A stretch of DNA of 64,000 bases. Origin: Lingula anatina. Taxonomy: Eukaryota; Animalia; Brachiopoda. Made by a program: the position numbers and the translations under genes. Shown piece after piece: positions 52,466 through 64,000 of this stretch (position 1 is its first letter; the number at the start of each line of letters is the position of its first letter). Below the pieces are notes generated by a model. It searched no databases and was not told the origin of the DNA. It saw only the letters and a list, made by a program, of their open reading frames with translations. The DNA is taken from assembly GCA_051362555.1 (NCBI GenBank), contig CM120640.1, positions 11,718,001-11,782,000 on the forward strand. Direction: 5' to 3'.

Positions 52466-52703
52466 TGTGGTCGTCTTGCCAAGAAAAGCCATAATCCAAG
52501 TTTAATGTTGTGCATTCCTAAATTAATGTTTAATAATAACTGATATACAGCTTTAAATATCTCATTAATGCTTATGCAATTTTAATCACAAGAATATAGT
52601 GGGTTATATTTAAATTCTTTGATCGCCTCCTTTCTGTGCTGTCTTGAATACATGAATACCATGTGACGCCACTTTTGCCTTAGATTTATATATCGCCGTA
52701 TTT

Positions 52704-54258
52704 AATAATAATAATAATAATAATAATAATTTATTTTTCTATGGCGCATTCCATTAAAAATCTCAATGCGCCTTACAACATTCACTTAAAAGAGCTAAAT
52801 AACACAATACTAATATAAGAACACATTACAATTTTAAAGGACTAAGAACTAATTTAAAGAACCAATTATTCATATTCTAAAATGATAAGAACCTAAAGTG
52901 ACAACATTTAAAATTAATCATAAAATTACAGTACACCTTATTAAAAACTAAAATTAACTATATGATAGCTACTGATAGGCTATTCTAAAAATATGAGTTT
53001 TCAAAAGCTTTTTAAAAGTATCTATGTCACCTGCTGCTCGTATTTCAGAGGGTAAAGTGTTCCAAACTTTGGGTGCATATATCATAAATGCCCTTTCACC
53101 GTAAAATTTACCAGCTTTTTTCTCTAAGACACTGTGTTCTAAAAGTAAATGACTAAAAGTTGAAAACCTGGTAACTCTTCCATGCTGATGTTGCTTCATA
53201 AGTTCTGAGATATAAAGTGGTTTATTCTCAGTGACTGCTTTAAAAATGACACATAAAATTTTAAATAAAATTCTCTCTCTTTCTGGAAGCCAGTGAAGTT
53301 CCATCAAAACAGGTGTTATATGCTCTCGGCTATTCCATCCCATTTTAGTTACCAGCCTAGCTGCAGAATTTTGAATTAATTGAAGTTTGTTCAGATGATT
53401 TTTGCCTAAACCATATAAGAGACTGTTGCAATAATCAAGCTTAGAAGTAATGAAAGCATGGACTAGTTTTTCAGTTGAAGTTTTGTCCAGTAAGTCACGT
53501 ATCTTACTAATTCGCCAAAGTGAGTATGATGCCGATTTGCAAATTTCAGAGATCCGTCTATCCATAGTTGCATACTGATCAAAGGCGACACCTAAATCTT
53601 TCACATAGCTAGATGGATTGATGTTGACACCACCGATACAAATATCAGATTTCATTGCATTTCCCCTGTCTGACTTAGACCTTGATGTAAACCATATTAG
53701 TTCAGTTTTTCCATCATTTAGTGCTAGCATGTTTGTTTTCATCCAATTTCGGATCTCAACTAGACAAGTTTCTATTGAGGTGATAGCCATGGAGCGATTA
53801 CTTTCACTTGTGACATAAATTTGAGTGTCATCAGCAAAAATGACAGTGTTGAGACCATGTTTAACTATAATGTCTTCTACTGGTAGCATATACAATGAAA
53901 AGAGCAATGGACCTAGCACAGACCCCTGAGGGACACATACTCTAAAATAGTGGGCTCTGATAGCAACGACTCAATTGACACCTTTTGTGTTCGATCTTTT
54001 AGATATGAGGTTAACCAATTAAGTGCTAAATCTTTTACTCCAAATCGGTACTGTAGTCTGTGCAGAAGTATGTTGTGGTCAATGGTGTCGAATGCAGCAG
54101 ACAGATCTAAAAGGACTAAAATAACATCTTTTTGTTTGTCTAAAGAAAGCATGATGTCATTATGAACCCTTAGGAGAGCTGTTTCTGTGCTATGTCCTTC
54201 TCTATAAGCTGATTGAAACTTGCCATATAGACTGTTTTGAGCTAGATAGTTATTCAGA
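52704..54258 (-). mobile_element. 5'-truncated L2-clade LINE (reverse transcriptase, one frameshift)
   Basis: FQSAYR..HSTETALL, LLDLSAAFDTIDH, (G)VPQGSVLGPLLF, FADDTQIY, SKLDYCNSLL, LHWLP. A single-base deletion lies near 53936. The 3' stem-loop TGTAAGGCGCATTGAG..ATGCGCC is followed by a (TTA)n tail. Confidence 0.93.
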
Positions 54259-54439
54259 ATAATAAAAGATCGATGTATATCTCTGAGATTTTGAGAAGAT
54301 AAAATCATACTCTTATAGCAATTCTGGTTTTTAAAAATCATATCTACAGGCCATTAATACACCGGATCTGAGTCTCAGTGCCTAATATTATAAAGTTAAT
54401 TTATCTATATTATAGCCTACATCGGAGTTCTTACGGTCT

Positions 54440-54580
54440 TGTAACGTGACAGAGTCCCCCATGACAGAGAGTCCGCTTCCCATTCATTTGTACAGATAAG
54501 CCTCGCCCTAGATTTTGACCCACTTAGGTCAGGCTAACCCTAACCATAATAACTACATGGAGGGCGGACTCTCCGTTACA
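54440..54580. mobile_element. Small TIR element with TGTAACG...CGTTACA ends and internal CTAACC repeats
   Basis: Inverted termini TGTAACG..GAGTCC / GGACTC..CGTTACA; no clear TSD. Confidence 0.5.
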
Positions 54581-55821
54581 CGGATCCTTAGTTTCGTTAC
54601 ATCGGCCTTTGTAATTAGCCGCTGCACACCTGGCTAAGTGATAAAATCGTCCTTAACTGCCGTTCGCTATCTGTGATTGGGAGTCTTACAGCAATAGATT
54701 GCAAAGACTCATTTGTTTACCTGGATGAGCATAATATTCACATCTCCTGGAAGAAAACGTCCTCAGCAACTTATTTTATCAAAGAAGGTGTTAATTGTAC
54801 TAATAACTGCTGATGTTGCATTACTGGCAAATGTAACGGGTAAACTTTAGGCTGGATTATACCAGTAGTGTTTTTCTCTGAGTCAGTCATACACCGGTGA
54901 TGCACGTACAAAAGCAAAATGGTGAAAGCTTGCCGTGTACCAGACCGCACTGCCAACACATTTTAAAAATCTGACAGGATTTTTTTAATTCCCAAAGATG
55001 AACAGAGGAGGGAGCAACCGTTGCAGGCTATAGGTTGTGCATACGTGACTAAAGACGAAGTTGTTGATCAAGACAAAATTTGGTCCCCTAGCTCCTATAA
55101 GATTTGTGTATGCGTTTTTCAAAACCTGTAAATTTTATTTATCTAAAGTGATTAGTTAATAACAAGTAAAACTGGAAAAAGGGGTTGACATAAATAAAGC
55201 GACCTTATAAATGGTCAAATAACATATCTTTATTACTGTTTGCTATTCAATTTAATAATAAAATTTTGAAACTTTGCGCACTGCTTTCCATGCTATTTTG
55301 ACAAATTTCGTATCAGAAAATTGCACATCTAATTTGTATTTAAACATATCACGCGAAGCTGCTTATATAAATACTGGTGACACCAGTGTCTTCTCTACCT
55401 AAAAGTCGACAAGCAAGTGTTTATGCTGTCCTCCCGGGCTTGAATATTAATACATGTTTACAGGCCAAAAGAAGCCATGGGACCGAAGCCAAAGCCTTGA
55501 TAACATCGCCCCCACCGTATTCCCTCTGGCTTTACCAGCACCATGTGATTAAATCACAGTTTGTGGAAATCTTATAATAATGATGATTATTTTACATTTA
55601 ATAACTTCTTAGTGCTGCACATCTTCCATGTCTTCCTAGCGTACCGCATTTGAAAAAAAAAAAAAAAAAACATTTATTTAACCACCACATATACTGTAAG
55701 GATTGACACTTTCGTAACCAGTAACACAGTGGCTAATTGCAAAGGCCTGTAAAGGAAATCATCCAGGTAAATGCACTGAAATTAATTATTCTCATACATC
55801 ATCTTTTAAAATGGACTGGCT

Positions 55822-56094
55822 CAGTGGCGGATTTAGGGGGGTGGGGTCAGGGGAATCCTGACCCTCCCCCTTCGATTTCTGAAAAAATCACACCTTCAAT
55901 CCCCTCTTGAAATTAAAATTTTGCCTAGCTGAATCTTAGTTCTAAACCGTACGAAATGGCACCGTTCGCTCTCTAAAATTCCAAAAATGTTCGGGGCTCT
56001 TATGCAGCCCCAGAACCCCACCCCAAAGGGAAGGGGGAGGGTCGACTTTACATCTGCGCCCCCCTCCCCTTAATTTATCCTGGAGCCGCCCCTG
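55822..56094. mobile_element. CAG(T/G)GGCGG-terminated MITE with 5-bp TSD
   Basis: Ends CAGTGGCGGAT / GCCGCCCCTG; TGGCT on both flanks; G/C-run-rich interior. Confidence 0.75.
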
Positions 56095-56392
56095 TGGCTA
56101 TTTTAATAGCAAATGAAATTGTTGTTTTGTATCACAATTTTGTTTTGTACCCCCCAATATGGTCAAATTTACCAGCGTCATGGAAAACAAAAACTTGGTG
56201 GATCAACAGTTATAAAGGGGGTAAAGAGGCCTGTTACAATTATAGATTAAAGTACGTGGCACACCACTCCAAACCACTGAGGCACGGCCCTGTTTTAAAT
56301 TAGCAGTGTATTTCAGCGTCTTTTCTAGCCCCTGACTGCCTCAAATCTTGAATAATTACGCCTCACGTAAGATCAACTAACGTTAACAACGA

Positions 56393-56701
56393 TGAGGGTC
56401 CCACTGGGTATTTTCGTTATCCGTGAAAGCCACTTTTTATTTCCCAAGATGAGTGAAATTATCATTATTACTTAGGGTGATCCGTGGAACACCCAATTCC
56501 TGCGACTCCTGAATGCGGCTTTTTTATTGCTCGTCCTTCCTGAAACGAAGTCATTATACCCGTTGATTTGTGATTTTCCAGGGTTATTGACTCGCATTAT
56601 CAGTGAGATAGGAATAAAGTTCCATTTACTGTGGTTTGTGAATGGATTGTTTCATTTCCCGTGAACAGTGATCACTCACTACCCCTCCAATGGGACCCTC
56701 A
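56393..56701. mobile_element. Probable MITE upstream of TIGAR
   Basis: 15-bp inverted repeat TGAGGGTCCCA(C/T)TGG with one mismatch; no convincing TSD. Confidence 0.55.
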
Positions 56702-57048
56702 GTGATTTAATGGGATATTTAAATCGAAATTACATAATATTATGGCATTGTCATTTCCCCACTAAAAATTTTCAAGAAACTGTTTATTCTGCAATTGTTA
56801 TTTTTACCTTGGGATACAACAACTGCAACCCTGGGTAATCTACCTGCCCCTGCTAATCAATGTCAACCTCTGTCGCAAGACAGAGAAGACGAAAGAAAAT
56901 TCTTGTAAAATATTTGTTACACATCTTTTTATTGGTCCATGTTTCATCCTCCAACCAATGAGAACGACCGTTTAATATGGATGCCTGCACTTCCACCACC
57001 ATAAAATGAGACAGCTCCAGGACCGCTGCAATCTTTCCACATTGGACC

Positions 57049-60000
57049 ATGGTTGTGTTTACCCTGACGGTCATCAGGCAGTAAGTATATCGTGCTAAGA
57101 GTATTTTGCAATATGTTGCACGAAAATCTACTGAAACATGCAGGCTTGGTCGCTATTTTCTTTACCGGAGAAGGTCCGAAAAATGTGGACCGTGCTGCTG
57201 CCCGACCAGGCTACTTGTAATGTTAACCAGGTGTCAGTGGGTCAAGGGCGTACGCCCACTGTAAAAAAGGAATATCCGGCCTGGTGCCTCGTGCCGTCAT
57301 GAAGCGCTGGGTGGGTGTGGGGGTAATGGTAGAAAAGAGTTTCTAAGGAAAGAGAAGTGAAGGGTTGTATATGTTGCTCGGAAAAAATCGCGCACATACT
57401 GTTGCATGCACAATAAATGGGGTAAGTGCACACATGAAGTTGAAATCTACCCTTTTTATTGTACAACCTCACGTACGGTACATGTACATCTGCGTGGGCC
57501 TAAGACAAGTACAAACTACAATGCATAGATCCTGCATACAGTGCAGAAACAGTAACTTAAATCTTATGACCCACACCATAAAGTAAATTCTTATAATTAA
57601 CATGTTTCAACTCATGTAAGTGATTTCTCCCTTAGACTGTTTTAGAGTATAATAGTATTACACCCCCACCCCCCCTCCCAAAAAAAAAAAAACTTATTGC
57701 AATTACCATGTACCTCTATATATTCGGTGATATGCCTATCCAAATCTCCATTCCTCTTATAGTAATTTTATTTTGTTTTATTTTTGCTCCCTTTTTTTTT
57801 TTTTTTTTTTTACATTTTGATGTGGTTGCTGCATTTTTTTTAGTTGGGGGGGGGGGCAATCTACACATCAGTAAGATTTAATATTCTTCTTGCTCTAATT
57901 CAACAGTCAAATTATTTTTATCACTTTACTATTATGCGATGTCTGAATTTAGGGTCTAATAGTTTAAAGGAATTGAGGTTGAAGTTTTGTAGGTACTGTT
58001 TGAGTGTAAAACATTTTAATTGTTCACAAAATTTTGGGTTCATAAGTTTAATTATGAAAGCATTTGTTTTAAAAGTTATTTCAAATTGTTCACAAAATTC
58101 CAACATTTGTGTAAAGCTTGTATTGTGCTGAAATACTGATGAGGCCCAGAGATAAATCGTTATATTGCCTTACTTCATTTTAAGATGCTTAATATCATTA
58201 TGTGCCTGGAATTTTTTAACAACTGTGTGCCTGGATTGGACTTCAAAAAGCCAACATAAATTAGACCCATGGCTGCTGTACATATGCCAGCATAGAAGTA
58301 AATTAAGTTGACATGCTGTGTTGCTTTAAGCCTTAGAAGGGTCTATGGAGTGGTGGTTTTTCCTTTTCTTGTGTCCTTGGTGGAAAAAAGGAATTGAGCC
58401 TTTATTTGAAAATAAAGCTTATTAACATTTGTGTCACTGCCCTCTAACAAACAAGGCTCAGTATACTGTTTGGTAAATTGTTTAACGGTGGCCTTTTGTT
58501 ACGCCTTCTGCATGTAACATATATATAGTTTGCAGACTAGTGGAAGCAGTCACCATTTTTCTCAGGTTACAAGGTTTTCTATACAAATGAATGTGGAAAT
58601 GGGCTGTAAATTTTCCTGATCATATGCCAAAGTTAATATGTGCAAGTCTTGGCATGTGTGCTGACGTTAGGAATCATATTGATTTTTAAGCATCAACAGA
58701 ATAGTAGTTCTTAATTGGAATTTATACATTTAAAAGGATATATTTCAGTTTAAAGAGCTAGTCTGTTTATCTGTGATGATAGTTGACTCTGAATGCTAAA
58801 AATCTAGAAGGAAAGTATTATTTTACCACCAGCCTGCAATATAAAAAGCTCCCTTTATGTATTTTATTTTGAAACAATAGTATCCACAGTTTCTCTCTTT
58901 TACCTTTTCTGCTTTCAAAGAGATAGAGTGCAAGAGTTGGTTTGAGAACTGTGTATTTGTGGTCCTTGTGGTGCACCACCAAGCTTGAAGTATGACCTGT
59001 TATATAGACTGTATTTGTTGACCTATGTGATTAAGTGACTTCTACCTTATTACATGCTAAGTGATACCTGTAATTTCATAGGTGAAGCATTTAGTTGTAG
59101 AGAATACTTATTAAATTAAAATTAAATAGCTAAGCATTTGAAAGTTCATTTATGTCCATTTGTGTAGATGATAAATATATTTGTGTTTTATATTTTTCAG
59201 TTCATAAGGCATTCTTATTAGAATAAATGTGTCAATGGTGTGCAGCCAAAAGAATTAAGTGGCATTGCCCTTATCCAGGCTTTAGTGGAACACGATAAAA
59301 GTATTGTTAGTACCTTCATAACAAATATCGCTCACAATTTTAATTATTGTTATTAATTTATTATTTTTGTCACATTCACATGGTTAATGTACAGTGTTTC
59401 TTTTCAGTGGGGAAACAATTGCTAACCAGAAGGGTATCATCCAAGGTAAAATCTCTTTTTTTAGCATTGTATACTTTTTGAGAGTTCCTATTATTGACAT
59501 TTTATTTATTTTAATTTTGTTTTGTTATCTTGGTTGTCACATATACATTTTACACATAAGCAGTCTGTAACAACTATGATTTATATAAAAAAGTATGCTA
59601 AGTTAGAGTAGTTCCATTGAAAAAAAAGTATTTTGTTTACTTTCCATTTCCTGTCTTCAGGTCAGTCAGATACAGAGCTTTCAGATGTTGGTTTGAAGCA
59701 GGCCCAGTTAGCAGCCTCCAGGTTGCAGTATGAACCTTTCACGCATGTCTTCTCCAGTGACCTTTCTAGAGCAAGACAGGTAGCAGCAGCAATATGTATT
59801 ACATATATGCACAAAGGCTCCCATTTATGACATTTTAAAGAAACCATAAACCACTTACTGCTAAAGAAAAAGTAAAAAAAAAAGATAAGAAATGAGTTTT
59901 TGTAATATTGGAACTCTGCATGTACTGCATGTGAATTACCACCCCCTTCACTGGTCTGCTGATACCAGTGGTCCTATATTGTTTCTGAAAGTTGTAAGCT

Positions 60001-63000
60001 CATGAGCCAGTTACAGAATTATAAACAGTAATTTTTTTTGTACTTCAGACTGCCCAAATCATTGTGGAAGGCAGCAAAGCTTGCAAATGTCCCATCAGCC
60101 AAGATGCTAGGCTGAGAGAAAGGGTAATGGGTATATAAAAAGTGACAATAATTATAATGACCTATCAGCAACAAAAATAAGACCCAGAAAAATGTTACAA
60201 CATTTGGTCAGTCTGTCCACATATTGCTACAATATTTCTTTGTCATGTTGACGCTTTTGGTGCATAAATGTAGTATTGCATAGGAAAAGTTACCTTTTAG
60301 ATACCTTATACATATACAAAAATGTGAATTACCACCAACGAACTTTTACAGGTGTGTTTTAGAGAGTATTTTAACTTATTCAGTAACTGTTTGGTATGGA
60401 CGCGCAACTGTGGAGGAGAGGAACAAGTTGGAAAAGATCGTCGAAACTGCAGGGATTGTAATTGGAACAGATCTAACTCCCGTCCATACTATATATCTAG
60501 ACAGGACTAAAAAGAAAACATTATCAATAATGACAGACAGTTCCCATCCAGCCCATACCCTTTTTAAATTTTTACCTAGCCATTCGAGACTCTTAGACCC
60601 CATTTCCAGAGATTAGATCGATCTACTTTAGATCGACCTAACTCCCTGGGGGTTCACGCTAAATAGCTGTCAGCCGAGCGAACACGAAAGTTAATTACCC
60701 CCTTACAGCTTGTAGTAGGCGGGACGGACATTTAAGCCGGATTATCTGACAGTAATCTAGTGAGACTCCCCGCAGGGATAGATCGATCTAAAAGCTCTGG
60801 GAATACAGCCTTAGCTTTTAAGGGTAGTAAGTGATTTTTAAATAGCTTTTATCCTTCAGCAGTAACTATTTTTAACTCTAACATGTAATTTTAATTTTCA
60901 TTCTTTATATTTCAATGGCGCTACTACAGGGCAAAAGATTCCCGATTTTATACATTTGTATTTTATTGGCTTAATAAATTATTATTATTATTATTATATA
61001 ACTATTCAAATTTTATTAAATTTCCACATTGATTTGCAGAAGCATAAACATGTTGATCTATTTACTTGTAATTATTCTGTGAAATAATCTTAATTCTGAC
61101 TCAGATTGAAAAGAAGATGGAGGTTGTTTAAACTGCATCCCAAAGATGTTATAGAAAGTCACTTAAGCAGTGTTTTGGCACAGAAAGGCAGTGTTTGTTG
61201 ATTAAAATCATGTAATTGAGTTTTAATTGTCTACCTGTATATAAATGATAAAAATGGGAACATGCTGACTACTCCATTAACTTGTCAACATACAATATAT
61301 CCATTACATGATGTGGGCTATTAACCGCACGTGTTAGGTAACCACAATCACTGGGACAGAAGAGGGCACAAGTCCTCTGGCAATAATTGTGGTTAACCAA
61401 GTCTTTGGTCTGTTTGATGTAATTGTGGCTAAAAGTTACTTTATCATGACATTAATTGAATCACTAGCAACAGGCAACCTGTAAATTGGAGTGATATATA
61501 TATATATATATATATTTATTTATTTATTTATTTATTTATTTATTTCCATTTTGTGATGTTCTTTTAAAGATTATGATACCCCAAGGCATTAAAATGGCAC
61601 ACATTTGTGTGATATTTCCAAGTGAAATGGTGTAAAGGAATCATTATATTATATTATATTTAAGACAAGTGTGTATGATGTAAAAACCTAGCATGGGTCT
61701 TATACACTTTCAGAAATTTGGCATCATGGAAGGAAAGTGTGTGAAGGAACACAAGGAGATGGCCCAGAAAGCAGGAAAGACGGTGGTGACATACACACCG
61801 CTAGGGGCAGAAACCACAGAACAGGTCAGGTGTAACTTCCTTGTCAAAGAGTGTGCATGTTTGCTTGCTTGTTTCCTCACTATTTTAAGTTGATGGCCAG
61901 TGTCAGATGTGTTACTTGAAAACATTTCATGACTTCATATATATTTGCCTACAGTCCACCAAGTATTTTTCATGTACTTACAATTTAATTTACCACTGAA
62001 ACAAAATACATTTGCTGCTTACACCAGCATTTTATTTATAATTTGTGTTATTTGATTTTCACGGCTATCACATTACATTTACAATTGTAATATATAAATT
62101 AAATATTACAATTGGAAATGTAATATTAGGTACATACTTGAAAATGTTTTGTGCCCATGCACGCAACCTTCATCACTTGGTGGTCATGTTATTAGCTTCT
62201 AATATAAGTAAAGGTCTCTCTTTTGTTTGATGCTTAAGTTATGAAACAGATCAATTAAAAAAAATAAATAATAATTATTTGAAACATTTACCCCTTTCAG
62301 CATGACAGTTGCTTTATTTTGGCCTTGTTCTTAGGAAGCCTAAAACAGAATCTATTTGGTTTCCAACTTGCAAAAGGACTAAAATTAAGTCTAAAGGGGA
62401 CTTGATCACAAAATTGTTTAAATGTGTGCATGTGTGATTTCTGTTTTGTATTTGGCTGCATCCCATTATAGTGACAGCCTTACAGAGATCCATTTAAAAT
62501 AAAGTGGCAGCATTTTAGTTACCATTATTACAGGTTTAGCACTTAAAAACTGCTAAGATGATGTAAAGGTTGTGACAGTGAAAGTGAAATGTGAAAATTA
62601 ACATATTTCAAAATTATTACAATGAAACATTTTTACAATGACTATGACCTAAATGACGCGATATGCAAGTAGTATACTACTGTGAAGGGTTAGTTATAAT
62701 AAGCTTAGACCCTGAACTTGAATTAAGTTGGATATGATGTCTCATAGCTCTGTGCTGTGGCTGATTGAGGGTAACAGCTTTTTCATTATTGCAAGAAGTG
62801 ATGTGATATGCTAGAAGTTTAATGGTACTATCATTGCAAGAGAGTAAAAGTGAATTAATGTTTTGTATTGAAAAAATTCAACTTACTGATTCTAATATGG
62901 CTGAAGTGAAAAAGAATTTCTATTTTTTTGATAAATCAGTCTGCATTTTTAAAGAATACATGAAAAGAATGCAACTGTGACCTCTTACAGCATATTCTTT

Positions 63001-63891
63001 TTTAAAATTAAACTGCTTTAATTTTGTTTTAAATTGAAGGTTCGACAGCGAGTGATATTATTCTTCCAAGAACTTTGCCAGTTGATACAGCGAGAGTCCC
63101 AGGATGAGGAGCCAATGGTGGGCCAGCCTTGTACCATAAAGCGGCGGCGTTACGGCAGCACAGCCTATGGTGCTAATAGTCCCGAGGGGAGTGTTTTCCC
63201 GTCAGACTTCCCGTATGAAGCTGAACAACACTCTACACTCACCCAGCAGACTCAAAACAAAGGCAGCAACAAACCCATACCTAACTGTGATTCTCAGATT
63301 GATCTGGTTATGACTAAAGGAAGCACATCCAGTACTACATCTGGGTGCTCCAGTATGACAGACAATGAGGTACAAACTGCAGAAATCAGTGCAAATGGTC
63401 CTGACCTTGACCCCCAGCAGCCAGGGAGGTCAGGGTCACCAGTGTTCCAGCATTCAACCTGTGATGATGCGGATATTAAAGCACTAGTTACCAGCAGTAG
63501 TAATGCAGAAGCCCAGCAGCATTATGTCTGCCCCAATGTGTCCTTGTCACCCCTCGTAGAGCATAGACTGGAAAGGATATCTAGCATCAGCTCAGGCAGA
63601 AATAGTTTTGATGATGGTGACGTCATCCCACCCATTGTTGCTAATGTTCTCATAGCTTCTCATGGAGGTTGCTTGAAGGAGCTCATCCGCCATTTTGTAG
63701 ATGATCTAGAATGTAAAGTATTTGGAGGAAGAGGGCATGCACTGAGGGTCTCTCCTAATACTGGACTTTCTAGGTTCACTATTACACTATCAGAATTCGA
63801 TGATAAACCAAAGGTAACCTGCTTGCTTATACATGATAAAGACCACCTAAATGGCTATGAACTAGACACGGAAACAGAAGGCAATTTATAA
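57049..63891 (+). CDS. TIGAR: TIGAR-like fructose-2,6-bisphosphatase (histidine phosphatase), ~408 aa, 6 exons
   Basis: Exons 57049-57080, 59408-59445, 59661-59779, 60049-60123, 61714-61824 and 63040-63891. Motifs: FTLTVIRHGET..N..GIIQGQ.D..LS..G..QA, SSDLSRARQTA, LRERKFG..EG, TP.GAET, VLIASHGG, SPNTGLSRF, DKDHL. Confidence 0.92.
60335..60996 (+). mobile_element. 3' fragment of a non-LTR retrotransposon (Rex/Babar-like, DUF1891-type C-terminus) interrupted by a MITE
   Basis: FYRCVLESILTYSVTVWYG..IMTDSSHPAHTLFKFLPSHSRL[MITE]LAFKGSK*FLNSFYPSAV; AATAAA at 60973 followed by a (TTA)n tail. Confidence 0.8.
60596..60810 (+). mobile_element. 215-bp Harbinger-like MITE, copy 2
   Basis: TTA TSD at 60593-60595 and 60811-60813; imperfect TIRs; highly similar to 23577-23791. 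Confidence 0.9.
61494..61545. repeat. (TA)n(TTTA)n microsatellite
   Basis: Directly visible. Confidence 0.9.
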
Positions 63892-64000
63892 TGTCATCTT
63901 TGACTGGGCCTTCTATTCCCTTTGACTGATGAAAGAATTAGCATAAGGAATTTTGTGCATGATCATGTCTGGTTACAGTATGGGACTTGGAAAGGAATTA

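Noticed and set aside
1-64000. CRISPR arrays, tRNA/rRNA genes, prokaryotic operons, non-canonical introns
   Set aside because: None seen; the DNA is eukaryotic and all modelled introns are GT-AG.

Overview
AT-rich eukaryotic genomic DNA with GT-AG spliced genes, most likely from an invertebrate bilaterian (lophotrochozoan-like; this is inference). Genes read by hand, in order: (1) the 5' part of MIX23/CCDC58 (- strand, absent from the ORF track); (2) an intronless achaete-scute (ASH/ASCL) bHLH gene in a ~14 kb CpG-retaining regulatory interval; (3) a candidate 115-aa mitochondrial single-pass microprotein; (4) a 6-exon SULT4A1-like sulfotransferase with an unusual N-terminal presequence plus transmembrane segment; (5) a 5-exon ankyrin-repeat/SOCS-box gene; (6) EFCAB6 (-, 28 coding exons, ~1557 aa) with a hidden alternative last exon; (7) TIGAR (+, 6 exons) with a long Ser-rich insertion. 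Mobile DNA includes a 3.86 kb P-like non-autonomous element, a young 5'-truncated L2 LINE, a second LINE 3' fragment interrupted by a MITE, and several MITEs. The strongest novelty leads are the apparently mitochondria-anchored SULT4-like enzyme with intact PAPS motifs, the adjacent unannotated microprotein, and the EFCAB6 alternative terminal exon. No database searches were run. All family assignments come from recognising motifs by eye.
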